DNA of 64,000 nucleotides from sequence record MK250021.1; one strand, written 5' to 3'. This document shows positions 14,359 to 25,380 of the stretch, in pieces. Numbering within the stretch: position 1 is the first letter of the stretch; the number at the start of each line of letters is the position of its first letter. Below the pieces are notes generated by a model that was not told the origin of the DNA, did not search any database, and saw only the letters and a program-made list of their open reading frames with translations. The translations under genes were made by a program, and so were the position numbers.

Positions 14359-15567
14359 GATATGGGTCTAAGAGAAGTTAATATGGATCAATTAAATGAT
14401 AAATCAATTTTATAGAATGTATTAAAAAATGTAGATATGTCTATACATGTTTGGAATAAACATGATTTTCTTATCAATAATAAAATTAATATAGATTTAT
14501 ATAACAATGTATTTTTTAATTTTATCAAAAAATTAAGATTAGATGTTTATAATTTTTTAAAAGATAATTATACGGTAGATACAGTATAGGAATTATATAA
14601 CATGGTTTATGGTAAATCATCTATATGTAAAAAATGTGGTAAAAAATTAGAATTTATAAGATTTAATTAGGGATATAAAGATTGTGATAATTGTTATAAA
14701 TTAGAAGCAAATAAATTAGGTACAAAAGACAAAATAATAGATTATATTAATAATACACAAAATACTATACCACTTATATAGTTTATATATAAACATCCTG
14801 TTTTAAAAATAGTTTTTTCAAAATTTCCTAAAATTAATACAGAAGAAGAATTATATTTATTTTTATATAATGATAAACCACATACATGTGAATGTTGCGG
14901 TAATAAAACAAAGTTTGTTAGATTTAGACCATTTCATACATACTCTGTATGGCCATATCATTAGTTTTGTTCAATTGAATGTAGAAATAAATGGTGGGCA
15001 TAGAAACAGTGTGAAAATAATACAATATATAGAGCAAATGAAGAAACTTTAAATAGAGTTAAAAATGAGAATAGTATTAGAATGAAATAGAAGATTAAAG
15101 ATGGTGAATTTACACCATGTTCAACTAATTCCTGGTGCCATTCTAGATATAAAATAAAATTTATTCAAAATAATAAATTAGTTACAAAATTTTTAAGGTC
15201 TTCATGGGAAGTTATATTTCAATTATTAAATCCTAATTTATTATATGAAAAGTTAAGAGTACAGTATATAGGAAAAGATAATAAATTACATAATTATATA
15301 GTTGATTTTATAGATATTGATAATAAAATTGTATATGAAGTTAAGCCTGATAGTTGTAAAGAAGTTAGAGATAATATATTAAAAAATAATGCTTTAATTA
15401 ATTGGTGTAAACAAAATAATTATGAAATGCATTATATAGATGAAAATTATTTTTAGAAACATATTTTTAATGTTTCTTTATTAAAATATACAGATAAAGA
15501 ATATAAAGATAAATTAGTAAATTTAATTAAAAGATATAAAACATTTAAGGTTGATTATGAAAATTAA
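14350..15567 (+). CDS. Putative PD-(D/E)xK homing endonuclease with Zn-finger motifs, 405 aa; code 15
   Basis: CKKCG, CECCG, FCSIEC; RSSWE...YE...HNYIVDF...VYEVKP; about 8 in-frame TAG; absent from ORF track; alternative ATG 14326. Confidence 0.8.
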
Positions 15568-15673
15568 GAATATTAGAGTTTTAGAATATAAAGGAGATGT
15601 ATATAATTTGAGAATCAAAAGTGAGAATGAGTAGAATCATAATTATTATGCTAATGATTTATGTATAAGTAAT
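15557..15673 (+). mobile_element. Split intein C-fragment (39 aa)
   Basis: Block F VYNLRI, block G HNYYAN..ISN, +1 Cys at 15674; TAG at 15632. Confidence 0.9.
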
Positions 15674-16534
15674 TGTCATCATGTAGGTGCTGCAAAAAGT
15701 TTTAAGGATATTTTACAAAAAACAGAAAATTTAAAATATTCTATAGGTGTAACAGGTACATTTCCTAAAGAAAGTATGTATGAGAATTTATATATACAAT
15801 CTATTATAGGACCTGTAATATATAAGTTAACAGCAAATCAATTAATTAATACAGAGAAAAGAGGAACACCTATATATGCAGTAATTCAATATCTTAAATG
15901 GGCAGATCAAAAAACAAAGGAAACAATGTATATCTATAGAGCAAATAAAAATCCTATGGATATAGGCGCAGGTAGTAAGGTTCTGAAGATCGAAAGGAAA
16001 ACGGTTAATGAATCATATACAAGATTAAAGTATATTTGTGATCAAGTTATCAAGACAAAGAAAAATGCTTTGGTACTATTTGGCGATATTAAATATGGAT
16101 ATGGTAGAAAAGTATATGATTATATAAAAGATAATTCAGATAAAAATGTTTATTATACAGATGGAAATACACCAAATAAAACAAGAGATTATTATAAAGC
16201 AGAAATGGAAAAAGATACTTCTGGAAATACAGTGATAGTGGCGTCTATCAATACATTTGGTGAAGGTATCGATATTAAAAATCTTTGGTCTATTTTTTTG
16301 GTTGATACAGCGAAGTCTGAAAGATTAGTAAGACAAATATGTGGTCGTGGAATTCGTTTGTATCCAGGAAAAGATAAAGTTGTTATTTTTGATTTCGTAG
16401 ATGATTTGAGATATTCTGCAGATCCTAATAAGAGATATAAAGATAATTATTTATGGAAACATGGTCAAGAGAGAAAGAAAATTTATCTTGAACAACATTT
16501 CCCTGTATATGAGCAGAAGATAGATTTTAAATAA
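15557..16534 (+). CDS. uvsW: Split-intein IntC fused to helicase C-terminal half; code 15
   Basis: MKIKNIRVLEYKGDVYNLRI...HNYYANDLCISN then CHHVG, VTGT, TFGEGIDI, RQICGRGIR; different frame from N-half. Confidence 0.9.
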
Positions 16535-16591
16535 TTTAAGAAATTATCGTTTAAAGAATAAATAATTAAACGATAATTTTAAATTTTTATT

Positions 16592-18073
16592 ATGTTGTTA
16601 AGTGAAGTCTTATATATAGCAAAAAATATAAATAAATATAAATCTCTTAATGAATCACTTAAGTCTAATATATTATCTGATATATTTCATAAGTTTGATT
16701 ATTCTAATATAACTATTGAACCTGTTAATAAAAACTATTATATAGGTTATACTGATAAGGGCGTTTCATTTTTTGATGTCAAATTTGAATATCAAAGGTT
16801 AGCAGAAAGAAATTAGTTAACACAAGATATGTGTGATACAGTGGAAGGAAGATAGAAAATTATTAATTGTGATTATAAAAAGAAAAAACGTAAGAAATTA
16901 TGGAATGGAACTTATGAAGATAATGGAATAATATATATGATTATGGAAGCTATCAAAAATAAGTCAACACATAAAATCGGTTTATCTGATATAACAGATT
17001 CAGAATTAATAACTATATCACCAATAGACGCAAAGAAAAAAATATATAAAACTGGATTACAATTTTGGGTTGATTATGATAATAATCTTAGAGCTGTAGT
17101 AATAGATAACACAATAATATTATATATTTAGCAATTAAATCAATATAATTCATGGTTGAAACCAAATCCAGATTATCACGAGAAAACAGATTTCTCTACA
17201 TTTGCTGATAATAGGAATGATGAGTATTTAGAAAATTTTATAAATAAAGCATTTATTAAAATACCAGTTTATAATATATTAACATCTAATGTAGAATTAA
17301 AGAAAGAATTAGGTGCAAATAATGTTAAATCATTATAGAATGTTCCAGGAATATCAAAAGTATATGTGGTAAATACAGAAGGTATGGAAAATTCCAATAT
17401 AGAGGAAAAACTAAAAACAAGAAGAGATTATAAAATATTTTTAGAGAGTCAAATAGATCTTAATAAGAAAAATATTGAAAGATATTAGAATGAATTAAAA
17501 ATTAGGCGTTCGCAAGGTGTTGATTCTAAAATTATAAATAAGATTTATGATTTCCTTGATGTTTGTATGGATACAACAATAGAATTATAGAATTTAGATA
17601 ATGATGTATTGACAAATAAATCCGCCGATGATTTTATAGGAGATACCTATTGGCATTCTGCACCATTAGATTATGTATATTCATCTGCTTTAAAACGAAT
17701 ATATCCAGATAGAAGTTTTTTTGATTCAAAAGTAAGAAATATGTATGGTAGAGGAACACATATGGAAACTAATTGGTCTTTTAATTCTATAGGAGATTGC
17801 TTGGTTGTGGCTAATTTAAAAGTTGAAAAATGTATAGAATATTCATAGTCTATAATTGATAGATATGACAAATATAATAATATAAAGAATAAAGCTGATA
17901 TTTCTTAGGATGAAATATTATATGAGTTGAATATATTAAAATCAAAGTATAAAGAATTAGAAGATTTTCTATCTTATAACTCATCTGTATATAATGAAAT
18001 AAGAAGGCAATTAGATAAAGCTAATATAGATCTTGATAAGATAATGACAAAAATAGATAATTTTCAATTTTAA
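16592..18073 (+). CDS. Hypothetical protein, 493 aa; code 15
   Basis: Four track fragments in one frame joined at TAG; TAA 18071. Confidence 0.8.
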
Positions 18074-18080
18074 TATAATA

Positions 18081-18113
18081 AAGGGATAAGAAATAAATCT
18101 TACCCCTTTTTAT
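18081..18113. terminator. Bidirectional hairpin between convergent genes
   Basis: aagggataaga/tcttacccctt stem plus T tract. Confidence 0.55.
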
Positions 18114-18325
18114 TTTTTATAAACAATTAAAGGTAATTGTTGAATACCGTTGAATGAATGTTGTACAGGAGGTTTTGAATAAATTTTCTTATTCTTATTT
18201 TTTGATTTCTTTCCTATACCACCATTAAATCTATCACCAGAACCAAAAGTTCCCATACCAGCAGGAACTGGATCACCTATTCCTATTGTATTCATAGGCG
18301 TATTATAAACTACTCCTTCACACAT
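18110..18325 (-). CDS. Small Gly/Pro-rich hypothetical protein
   Basis: Track ORF directly downstream of 18328-19083. Confidence 0.65.
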   Translation of the reverse strand: MCEGVVYNTPMNTIGIGDPVPAGMGTFGSGDRFNGGIGKKSKNKNKKIYSKPPVQHSFNGIQQLPLIVYKK

Positions 18326-18327
18326 AA

Positions 18328-19083
18328 TTATCTTAAACCATTGTTATTTTTAGGTAATGAAACTCCTATACCATTGGGTGCTCTTCGAGATAAAGACTAT
18401 AAAGCATTTATCTTATGTTTAACTGAAATACCAGGATGCTACTTACTTTCATATTTAGGATTATCTAAATCTAAGTATTCACTGTTTCCATCCTTATATG
18501 GATCATATTCCTTAGATATTAATTCTCTTTCACCATTAGCATTTCTTATATATACATCATAATAGTTATAAACAAAAGACCATGTAAATGTATTGAATGT
18601 ACCCATTCTGGCTGCATAAGACATAGATAAGTCTCCTATACTTGTTGGTGTTAACTATTGATAACAATAACTAACAGTTTCAAATCCACCATCATCCAAT
18701 AAGGAAACAGTTATATTAGGTAGATATAAAGGTGTTAACTATCCTAACCTTAAATATAAATCATATTGATGTCTAGCGACAAAATAACTAATATAACTTT
18801 CTGCAGTTTTAACAGTCAATGTTAATGTTTTCTCTAATAACATGTCTTCCTATTTACCTGGACGTTTCTATATTTTATATTCTCTACCTTGCTATATAAC
18901 AGAACCTGAATTTAAACCAGGAAAATTAATTGATGCTATCTATGCGTTGAAAAAATCTTCTAATGTTACATAAGGTAAATACATCCTATTTAATATTGGC
19001 ATCCACTTTTCTGTAACATCTGGATAAAACCAATTGAAATCCAATGCTATTACGAAATTTTGATCTAGATTATTTAATAACAT
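18328..19083 (-). CDS. Tail-tube-like (T4 gp19-fold) protein, 251 aa; code 15
   Basis: ATG 19083 to TAA 18328; LTLTVK..ESYISYF, VSLLDDGG, PTSIGDLSMSYA, FTWSFVYNY resemble the gp19/gp54 pattern; ORF solid, product tentative. Confidence 0.55.
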
Positions 19084-19151
19084 TTTTAATTAAACTATAT
19101 GATTGTTTGTATATTTATTGAAGATTATTTTTTATTTTCAAATATTTTATG

Positions 19152-19159
19152 TATCTTTG
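19152..19159 (+). promoter_or_regulatory. Bacteroidota sigmaA -7 element
   Basis: TATCTTTG fits TAnnTTTG; upstream of 19201. Confidence 0.7.
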
Positions 19160-19200
19160 TGTTGTTAATACAAATAATAAACAATTTAAAATATAAAATA

Positions 19201-19389
19201 ATGAGTGATATTACATTATATAAAGTAAAAACAGATAGAGGTTTTTTCATAGTGAATGCAATTGATGAAGTAGAGGCACGTTCACTTATGGAGAAGAACG
19301 GTGAATATGTTCATACATGTGACAAAATCATAATTAAAGAAAATGATATTATACCATATAATTTATTTGATTCATGTATTAAATATTAA
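19201..19389 (+). CDS. Small hypothetical protein
   Basis: ATG 19201 (MSDITLYKV) within track ORF. Confidence 0.7.
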   Translation: MSDITLYKVKTDRGFFIVNAIDEVEARSLMEKNGEYVHTCDKIIIKENDIIPYNLFDSCIKY

Positions 19390-19399
19390 ATTATGTGTT

Positions 19400-19579
19400 A
19401 TGAGTAAAAAGAAAACGTATTCAGAGAAAGTAAAAGATTTATGTGATAAATTTTGGAATGATTATCAAGTTACATGTGATATAGAATTTGTTGATAGAAC
19501 AATAAAATATTATATTGGAAGATTTAAAGCTATCGCAAGGTCTGCAGATAAAGAAATAGAAAAGTTATCTCAAAAATAA
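19400..19579 (+). CDS. Small hypothetical protein
   Basis: ATG 19400 (MSKKKTYSE) within track ORF. Confidence 0.65.
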   Translation: MSKKKTYSEKVKDLCDKFWNDYQVTCDIEFVDRTIKYYIGRFKAIARSADKEIEKLSQK

Positions 19580-19679
19580 AACTTTTTATATATTTAATGT
19601 ATAATACAAATATAATAGTTAACTGAGTTAATAATCCTCTAATAAAATTAACTTAATTAATAAAGAAAGGAATATTACT

Positions 19680-20525
19680 ATGGGTAAGCAAAAAAGAAGT
19701 GAAAATACGTATCAGAAGATTAACACAATCTTTAAGAGAGATGCGAATAATGTAATTATGCCTTATGATGAGTTTGCACTTCCCGAATTGGAATGGATGC
19801 GAAATTGTAAGTTTGATGCAGAATCTAAAATCGATGGTACTAATACTCGTATTGAGGTAACTCGTGAATTTATTACATCTGATATTGGTAATAATGAAGG
19901 TATTAGATGGAGTGTTGCATATAAGGGAAAGACTGATAATGCACAAATTCCAAAGATGTTGTATACTTATCTTACTACTGTTCTTACAGAAGATAAAGTT
20001 CTTAATTCACTAGGACTTACAAAAGAGATGTATGTCAATGATGAGTTGATGAAAGAAAAAGGGTGGTCTGTATTGAATGAACAGTTTAATGTATATGAAT
20101 TGGATGAAACAAAGATTCCTAAGAGATATACATTGTATGGTGAAGGTTACGGAAATGGAATACAGTCTGGTGGATACTACAGACAAGATAATTCTTTTAT
20201 CGGATTTGATGTAAAAGTTGATGATATGTATCTCCTTCGAGAAAATCGTGATGAGATCTTTAATAAATTAGGTGTTGATATTGTTCCATTTGTAGGACAA
20301 CTTACTATTGACGAAGCAATTGAAATGGTAAAGAAAGGATTTAGATCTAAAATTGCAAAAGATGATCATCTTGAAGAAGGATTGGTTCTTCGTACACCTA
20401 TGGGTTTGAAGAATCGTAGAGGTGAAAGAATTATATTTAAAATTAAAACATGTGATTTCCAGAAATATTTTTCAAAGTATGGAACATATGATAAGGTAGA
20501 TCAACCAAAGAATGAAAACTTTTAA
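19680..20525 (+). CDS. Rnl2-like RNA ligase
   Basis: Motif I ESKIDGTN, LYGEGYG, FIGFDV, EEGLVLR, IFKIK. Confidence 0.85.
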   Translation: MGKQKRSENTYQKINTIFKRDANNVIMPYDEFALPELEWMRNCKFDAESKIDGTNTRIEVTREFITSDIGNNEGIRWSVAYKGKTDNAQIPKMLYTYLTTVLTEDKVLNSLGLTKEMYVNDELMKEKGWSVLNEQFNVYELDETKIPKRYTLYGEGYGNGIQSGGYYRQDNSFIGFDVKVDDMYLLRENRDEIFNKLGVDIVPFVGQLTIDEAIEMVKKGFRSKIAKDDHLEEGLVLRTPMGLKNRRGERIIFKIKTCDFQKYFSKYGTYDKVDQPKNENF

Positions 20526-20528
20526 TAT

Positions 20529-20666
20529 ATGATAGAAATTATTGAAATATGGTTTCCTATTATTGCATTTATTGCATGTTCATATTTAATATATATGGAT
20601 AGAAAACATTTTAAGAAAGTTGAAAAAGAATTAGATAAAATAGAAAAAGATATTCATCATGAATAA
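20529..20666 (+). CDS. Small membrane protein, 45 aa
   Basis: MIEIIEIWFPIIAFIACSYLIY hydrophobic stretch; below track cutoff. Confidence 0.5.
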   Translation: MIEIIEIWFPIIAFIACSYLIYMDRKHFKKVEKELDKIEKDIHHE

Positions 20667-20703
20667 TTTTTTGATTTTATTTTTTTGTTTGAAATAAAAT
20701 ATG

Positions 20704-20711
20704 TATCTTTG
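20704..20711 (+). promoter_or_regulatory. Bacteroidota sigmaA -7 element
   Basis: TATCTTTG with upstream TTTG; before 20759. Confidence 0.75.
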
Positions 20712-20758
20712 TATTGTTAATAAAAATAATATTAATTAATTTTTAAATAATAAAAAAT

Positions 20759-21229
20759 ATGATTACACGTAAGGAACTTGTTGCTAAGTACAAGATTGCA
20801 GTTAAGCGAGTAAATGAGTTGGAGAACAAGAAGTATGAGTATAAGACTAATCGACCATGTGCTCCATTTGGTAATGTGAAGAATATGAATATTCCTGACA
20901 TTATTAGAGCTGGCGCAAATGTGCATGATAGTGATGCTAATGTAACAGAGCGTATTAAGCAGTATGGTATTCTTCCAGAGGATTTGAAGAATGCAAATGA
21001 TCATTTGTATGAGGGATTTGCAATTTCTACATGGGACCACGATTTTAAACTTCGTGTAGAGCAAATTCACGATGAGAAGAAGTTGAAGACATATAAGGAA
21101 GTAATGAATAAGTTGTCTGCTAACTTTACTGATGAGGATCGCTTCATGATTGAGATGGGTGAGATTGATGCACTTGACATCGATTTGGATGATGATGCAC
21201 CATCAGATGAAGTAAAGTCTGAAGAGTAA
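20759..21229 (+). CDS. Hypothetical coiled-coil protein
   Basis: Track ORF, TAG-free, AAG/GAG-rich codons. Confidence 0.85.
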   Translation: MITRKELVAKYKIAVKRVNELENKKYEYKTNRPCAPFGNVKNMNIPDIIRAGANVHDSDANVTERIKQYGILPEDLKNANDHLYEGFAISTWDHDFKLRVEQIHDEKKLKTYKEVMNKLSANFTDEDRFMIEMGEIDALDIDLDDDAPSDEVKSEE

Positions 21230-21323
21230 TATTTGTTACTTAAACAAATATATGTATGGTTAATACTTAACCCAATGTGGTTGGGTATTAACCATTTTTC
21301 ATTTTTAATTAAATTAAACTAAT

Positions 21324-21623
21324 ATGGATGAATTTTTAAAACAACTCATATCTAAATATAAACCAAAGTTTTCTCGTGATAAACTTTTTGGTGGATATGA
21401 TATTGATGTATATGATAGAGATCAGATAAAGCACGAAACAATTAATTATTTAAATGAACATTTTCAAAATCCTGATATAAAAAGTGAAGAGTATCATGAT
21501 TATTATAAGAAAATGTTAATAATTAAAGAGTTCGCAGAAACATTTGAAACATATTTTGCAAATTTAAGTTTTAGATTACCAGTACCATCAGGTACAGAAG
21601 TTTATTGTTCACAACGAGATTAA
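21324..21623 (+). CDS. Hypothetical protein
   Basis: Track ORF in operon. Confidence 0.75.
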   Translation: MDEFLKQLISKYKPKFSRDKLFGGYDIDVYDRDQIKHETINYLNEHFQNPDIKSEEYHDYYKKMLIIKEFAETFETYFANLSFRLPVPSGTEVYCSQRD

Positions 21624-21626
21624 TAT

Positions 21627-22025
21627 ATGAATAGTTTTATTAAGTTAGATAATGGAATAGTTCTTAATATTTCACAAATAGAAACATTCGGACCAATTTG
21701 GCCATTTGACTTACTAGAGTTCGATGATTCACAACCTATAGGTGATAATATTGGCGATTCTGTTAAACGTTTATTTCAAGATAAAGAACATAATAATATT
21801 GCAAAAGAAATGGTTAGAACTTCATTTGCTACACCATTAAATTGCAATGATAATATGAGAAAATACGGTGAAGGCAAAATACTTAATTATACGGTTCTCT
21901 TAAAATCTGGTCATAAGTTTTTTATTACTGAAGCAGAATATAATAATATTTTGGAAGTTATGAATTTATCTGCAAATAATGTATATTCTAATGTAGATAA
22001 AAAGTATACTAAATTTGATTTTTAA
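21627..22025 (+). CDS. Hypothetical protein
   Basis: Track ORF in operon. Confidence 0.75.
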   Translation: MNSFIKLDNGIVLNISQIETFGPIWPFDLLEFDDSQPIGDNIGDSVKRLFQDKEHNNIAKEMVRTSFATPLNCNDNMRKYGEGKILNYTVLLKSGHKFFITEAEYNNILEVMNLSANNVYSNVDKKYTKFDF

Positions 22026-22027
22026 TT

Positions 22028-22642
22028 ATGAATTTTGAATACGAAACAACATGTTATAAATTTACAGACAATGATACATATGTCTCTATTGATGATATAT
22101 TGGATGAGATTGATAAGCATGCTATAAAAATAGGTTGTAGTACTAATAGACCAAAATCCGCAAATGAAATTATAAATGATAATTTGAAACAATGGAATAA
22201 TTTTGAGCCTTATTCAAATACATTTAGAAAGAAACATATTTGTTGGTTTCCTGTATATATACAAATTGGTTTAGATAAAGATCTTGCTGATTATTTTGTA
22301 TTGAAAGATATTAGTAATGATTATCATAGAGCAATTTATTATAAGATTTCGGGTGAATATGCGTTTACATTGTGTTATGATGGTTATATATATAAGAGAG
22401 AATCGTTCTCAGATTATTGTGATTATCTTCCATGTTATGTATTACCGTGTACAGCAAAAGATGTATTAGCACATAATTCATGTTGTAAGTTAAAAGATAC
22501 TGCATTATTGCTGAAGGAAATTTGGGAAGATGTAAAAAAGAACTATTCTGATGCAATTGAGCAAAACATATGGTTTGAAAATGGTTATTACTACCATACA
22601 GAACATTATATAAAAAATAAGTTTATTCATTTTGATTTTTAA
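22028..22642 (+). CDS. Hypothetical protein
   Basis: Track ORF in operon. Confidence 0.8.
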   Translation: MNFEYETTCYKFTDNDTYVSIDDILDEIDKHAIKIGCSTNRPKSANEIINDNLKQWNNFEPYSNTFRKKHICWFPVYIQIGLDKDLADYFVLKDISNDYHRAIYYKISGEYAFTLCYDGYIYKRESFSDYCDYLPCYVLPCTAKDVLAHNSCCKLKDTALLLKEIWEDVKKNYSDAIEQNIWFENGYYYHTEHYIKNKFIHFDF

Positions 22643-22650
22643 TTTATTAT

Positions 22651-24033
22651 ATGTCAAAACAATACGATAAATTTAATTTGGAAGTTGAACAAGATCCACT
22701 TGTTCAACTTCATAAAACTGATTATAATAATTATAGTGATTTGTCACATTTTGTAGATGAATACTATAAAGCGCAAGCACTTATAAAGGAATGTGGTAAT
22801 TTTTATAAATCTTTTCTTTTAAGTAAACTTTTAACCTATTCTAAACTTACAAATACTTCATACAAAGAAAATGAATATAATTTCTTTAATATTCATATAA
22901 CAGGAATACCATATAAAGCTGAAACATATTGTCTATATGATATGTTTGATGATTTGGATAATAATTATAAAGGGTATTATAATTATAAGTCATTGAAGGG
23001 ATATGAAAAACTTGCATATTCACGTGCAGTATTTAAGTTTAAGGAATTTTGTGATAATTCTAAAGATAAGTTATTTACTATAAGAATTGAATGTAACAGA
23101 ACTTCATATTTTCCAGGAGATAAAGATAAAGAAACAAATTATTATTTTACATTTAATGATTATATTTTTAAATCATGTATGTGTGAACATTATATTTCAT
23201 CATATAGTTCTATAACATATAATAATAAGTATGATGATGTAAATAATAAAGATCTTCAATCTAAATTAAAAAAACTGGTTGATAAAGAAAAGAAATCTTT
23301 ATATGATTATATGAAAGAACTTGATTTTTTATATAAAAAAGAATTTGATACATTCTATAAAGATGAATTAAAAAAATTATTTAAAACTATAAATGTTCCT
23401 ATTATTTATATAAATATCGATAATGATTTAAAGGATTGTGCATATTCGTCATATAATTCATATAAGAAAAAAGTTAAATCAAAAGATATAGATAAAGATA
23501 TTAAAGAACTTACAGAAAAGTATAATAATGATGGTGAGCGAACATCATTATATTTAAGTGAAATATTATCTGATGATGAAATTGATAATATGTTTGATTC
23601 TTTTGAATATAAAGGTTGGTATAGTATGTATGATTGGATCCTGAAATATATTAATGATAATTATTATAATAAGATTATTGAACTTGTAAAACGTAATATT
23701 GCAGATTCTACATATGCATATAGAACTATTATAAGAACATGTTCAGAATATAATAATAATCAAAAATTATATATTATAGGTAAACATAATGAATCACATT
23801 ATTTTTGTAATCAAAATGATGTAGATAAAATTAAAATAGAACTTATAGAAAGAGAATTAGTATGTACATATATAAAAGTTAATAAACATCTTAAATACAG
23901 TTGGCCTTCGAATGCACCAACTGTTGTAAATGAATTGACGCGAACAGTTAAGTTTAATGTAGATACAAATTCTGTAAGTTCTTTTAAAGAATCAACAGAT
24001 ACATATGAAATAGCAAATAAAGATAGATATTAA
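22651..24033 (+). CDS. Hypothetical protein, 460 aa
   Basis: Track ORF, TAG-free. Confidence 0.85.
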   Translation: MSKQYDKFNLEVEQDPLVQLHKTDYNNYSDLSHFVDEYYKAQALIKECGNFYKSFLLSKLLTYSKLTNTSYKENEYNFFNIHITGIPYKAETYCLYDMFDDLDNNYKGYYNYKSLKGYEKLAYSRAVFKFKEFCDNSKDKLFTIRIECNRTSYFPGDKDKETNYYFTFNDYIFKSCMCEHYISSYSSITYNNKYDDVNNKDLQSKLKKLVDKEKKSLYDYMKELDFLYKKEFDTFYKDELKKLFKTINVPIIYINIDNDLKDCAYSSYNSYKKKVKSKDIDKDIKELTEKYNNDGERTSLYLSEILSDDEIDNMFDSFEYKGWYSMYDWILKYINDNYYNKIIELVKRNIADSTYAYRTIIRTCSEYNNNQKLYIIGKHNESHYFCNQNDVDKIKIELIERELVCTYIKVNKHLKYSWPSNAPTVVNELTRTVKFNVDTNSVSSFKESTDTYEIANKDRY

Positions 24034-24037
24034 AATT

Positions 24038-24074
24038 AATCTGTTACCTAAGTTTTAGGTAACAGATTTTTTTA
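24038..24074 (+). terminator. Intrinsic terminator
   Basis: 14-bp stem aatctgttacctaa/ttaggtaacagatt plus T run. Confidence 0.8.
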
Positions 24075-24090
24075 TTTAAAATATTTGATG

Positions 24091-24098
24091 TATCTTTG
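24091..24098 (+). promoter_or_regulatory. Bacteroidota sigmaA -7 element
   Basis: TATCTTTG before 24138. Confidence 0.7.
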
Positions 24099-24137
24099 TA
24101 ATATAATAAATAAGTTAGATAATTAAAAAATAAAATT

Positions 24138-24344
24138 ATGATTAAATATATTTTTGCGTTTGTAATGTTCCTTATGGTATTTGGAATTATCTGTTTGCCA
24201 TTTTATGTAATTTATCAAGGATTCGTATTGGTTGCATCTGGTTCACTATGGGGAATTCTTTCTGTTGCCGTAGGATTGATTATACTTAGGTTGTTTAAAC
24301 CTATTTCAAATTTGTATGAAAATAAAGATTTTAAAATATTTTAA
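24138..24344 (+). CDS. Small two-TM membrane protein
   Basis: Two hydrophobic stretches. Confidence 0.75.
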   Translation: MIKYIFAFVMFLMVFGIICLPFYVIYQGFVLVASGSLWGILSVAVGLIILRLFKPISNLYENKDFKIF

Positions 24345-24347
24345 CAT

Positions 24348-24767
24348 ATGGTTTACATTGATATTAAAACAGTTTCATATAATGAACTTAAGAATTTGAT
24401 TAATTCAGAAGCATTTATGTTTGATAATGAAAATGATTCAAATGTAAATCTTACTAAATTGATTCAACCGATGTTTATTAAAATTATGTGCAGAGATACA
24501 TTACGTATTAACGCATATAAGGATAATATTGGTAAAGTTCATATTATGAATGGAGAGAATGAATTTTCAGCTATTAATGAATTGATAAGTGGAAATATTT
24601 GTATTACAGATTTTCCTGAATCATTTAAGCAGTTCAATAATCTTCCATATAATGAATGGCATTCATATAATAAGAAACAAATAGAGATTACACCTGTATT
24701 TGAACTTCATATTTTGGAATGTCCTAATGAAGATGAAAAACAGTTTTATTTAAATATGATTAAATAA
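24348..24767 (+). CDS. Hypothetical protein (faint DUF262-like pattern)
   Basis: Track ORF; HIMNGENEFSAI loosely echoes VIDGQQRLTAI. Confidence 0.7.
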   Translation: MVYIDIKTVSYNELKNLINSEAFMFDNENDSNVNLTKLIQPMFIKIMCRDTLRINAYKDNIGKVHIMNGENEFSAINELISGNICITDFPESFKQFNNLPYNEWHSYNKKQIEITPVFELHILECPNEDEKQFYLNMIK

Positions 24768-24829
24768 ACATTTTTATTGTTCTTCATTATAAATAGTTGT
24801 GAAAGATTAAAATAAAATAATTAATAACT

Positions 24830-25378
24830 ATGGACGATCAGAAACAATATATACAGGATGATAATGAGAATGTATATAAGGTTATGCCAACTCATTATCT
24901 TAAATTATCTCCATGGAATGATGGTGAGGATCGTCGTGTAATGGAGAAAGATATAAATGGATATAAGTATATATCATATAAAAACGCATGTATGATTATT
25001 AATAATCAATTTGCGAATAAGACAGAAAAATGGACACATAATGGTAAGGAGTACATTGCATCAAAAATAAATGAAGATAAATCTGTAGATGAATATACAG
25101 CTTTAATCAGTATGCTACCAAACCATAAAGCTATCCTTCATGATAGCAAGAATCTCATGAAACATTTTAAAGATGAAATGTCTCTTACAATTACATCTGA
25201 GGATAATAGTACAGAATTGAAAATGGTTAAACATAAGGGAAAGATTTATTATATTCTTCTTTTAAATAAACCATGTTCTCGAGTAAAAGCATATAATCTT
25301 TTTGGAGAATTTGTTCAATGGGTAGGAATTAAAGATTGCAAACCTATTTTTTGTGAAACAACTAAAAAATATATTTAA
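24830..25378 (+). CDS. Hypothetical protein
   Basis: Track ORF. Confidence 0.8.
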   Translation: MDDQKQYIQDDNENVYKVMPTHYLKLSPWNDGEDRRVMEKDINGYKYISYKNACMIINNQFANKTEKWTHNGKEYIASKINEDKSVDEYTALISMLPNHKAILHDSKNLMKHFKDEMSLTITSEDNSTELKMVKHKGKIYYILLLNKPCSRVKAYNLFGEFVQWVGIKDCKPIFCETTKKYI

Positions 25379-25380
25379 TT

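Noticed and set aside
24348-24767. DUF262/defence nuclease
   Set aside because: The DGQQR motif is degenerate (NGENE); similarity too weak to call
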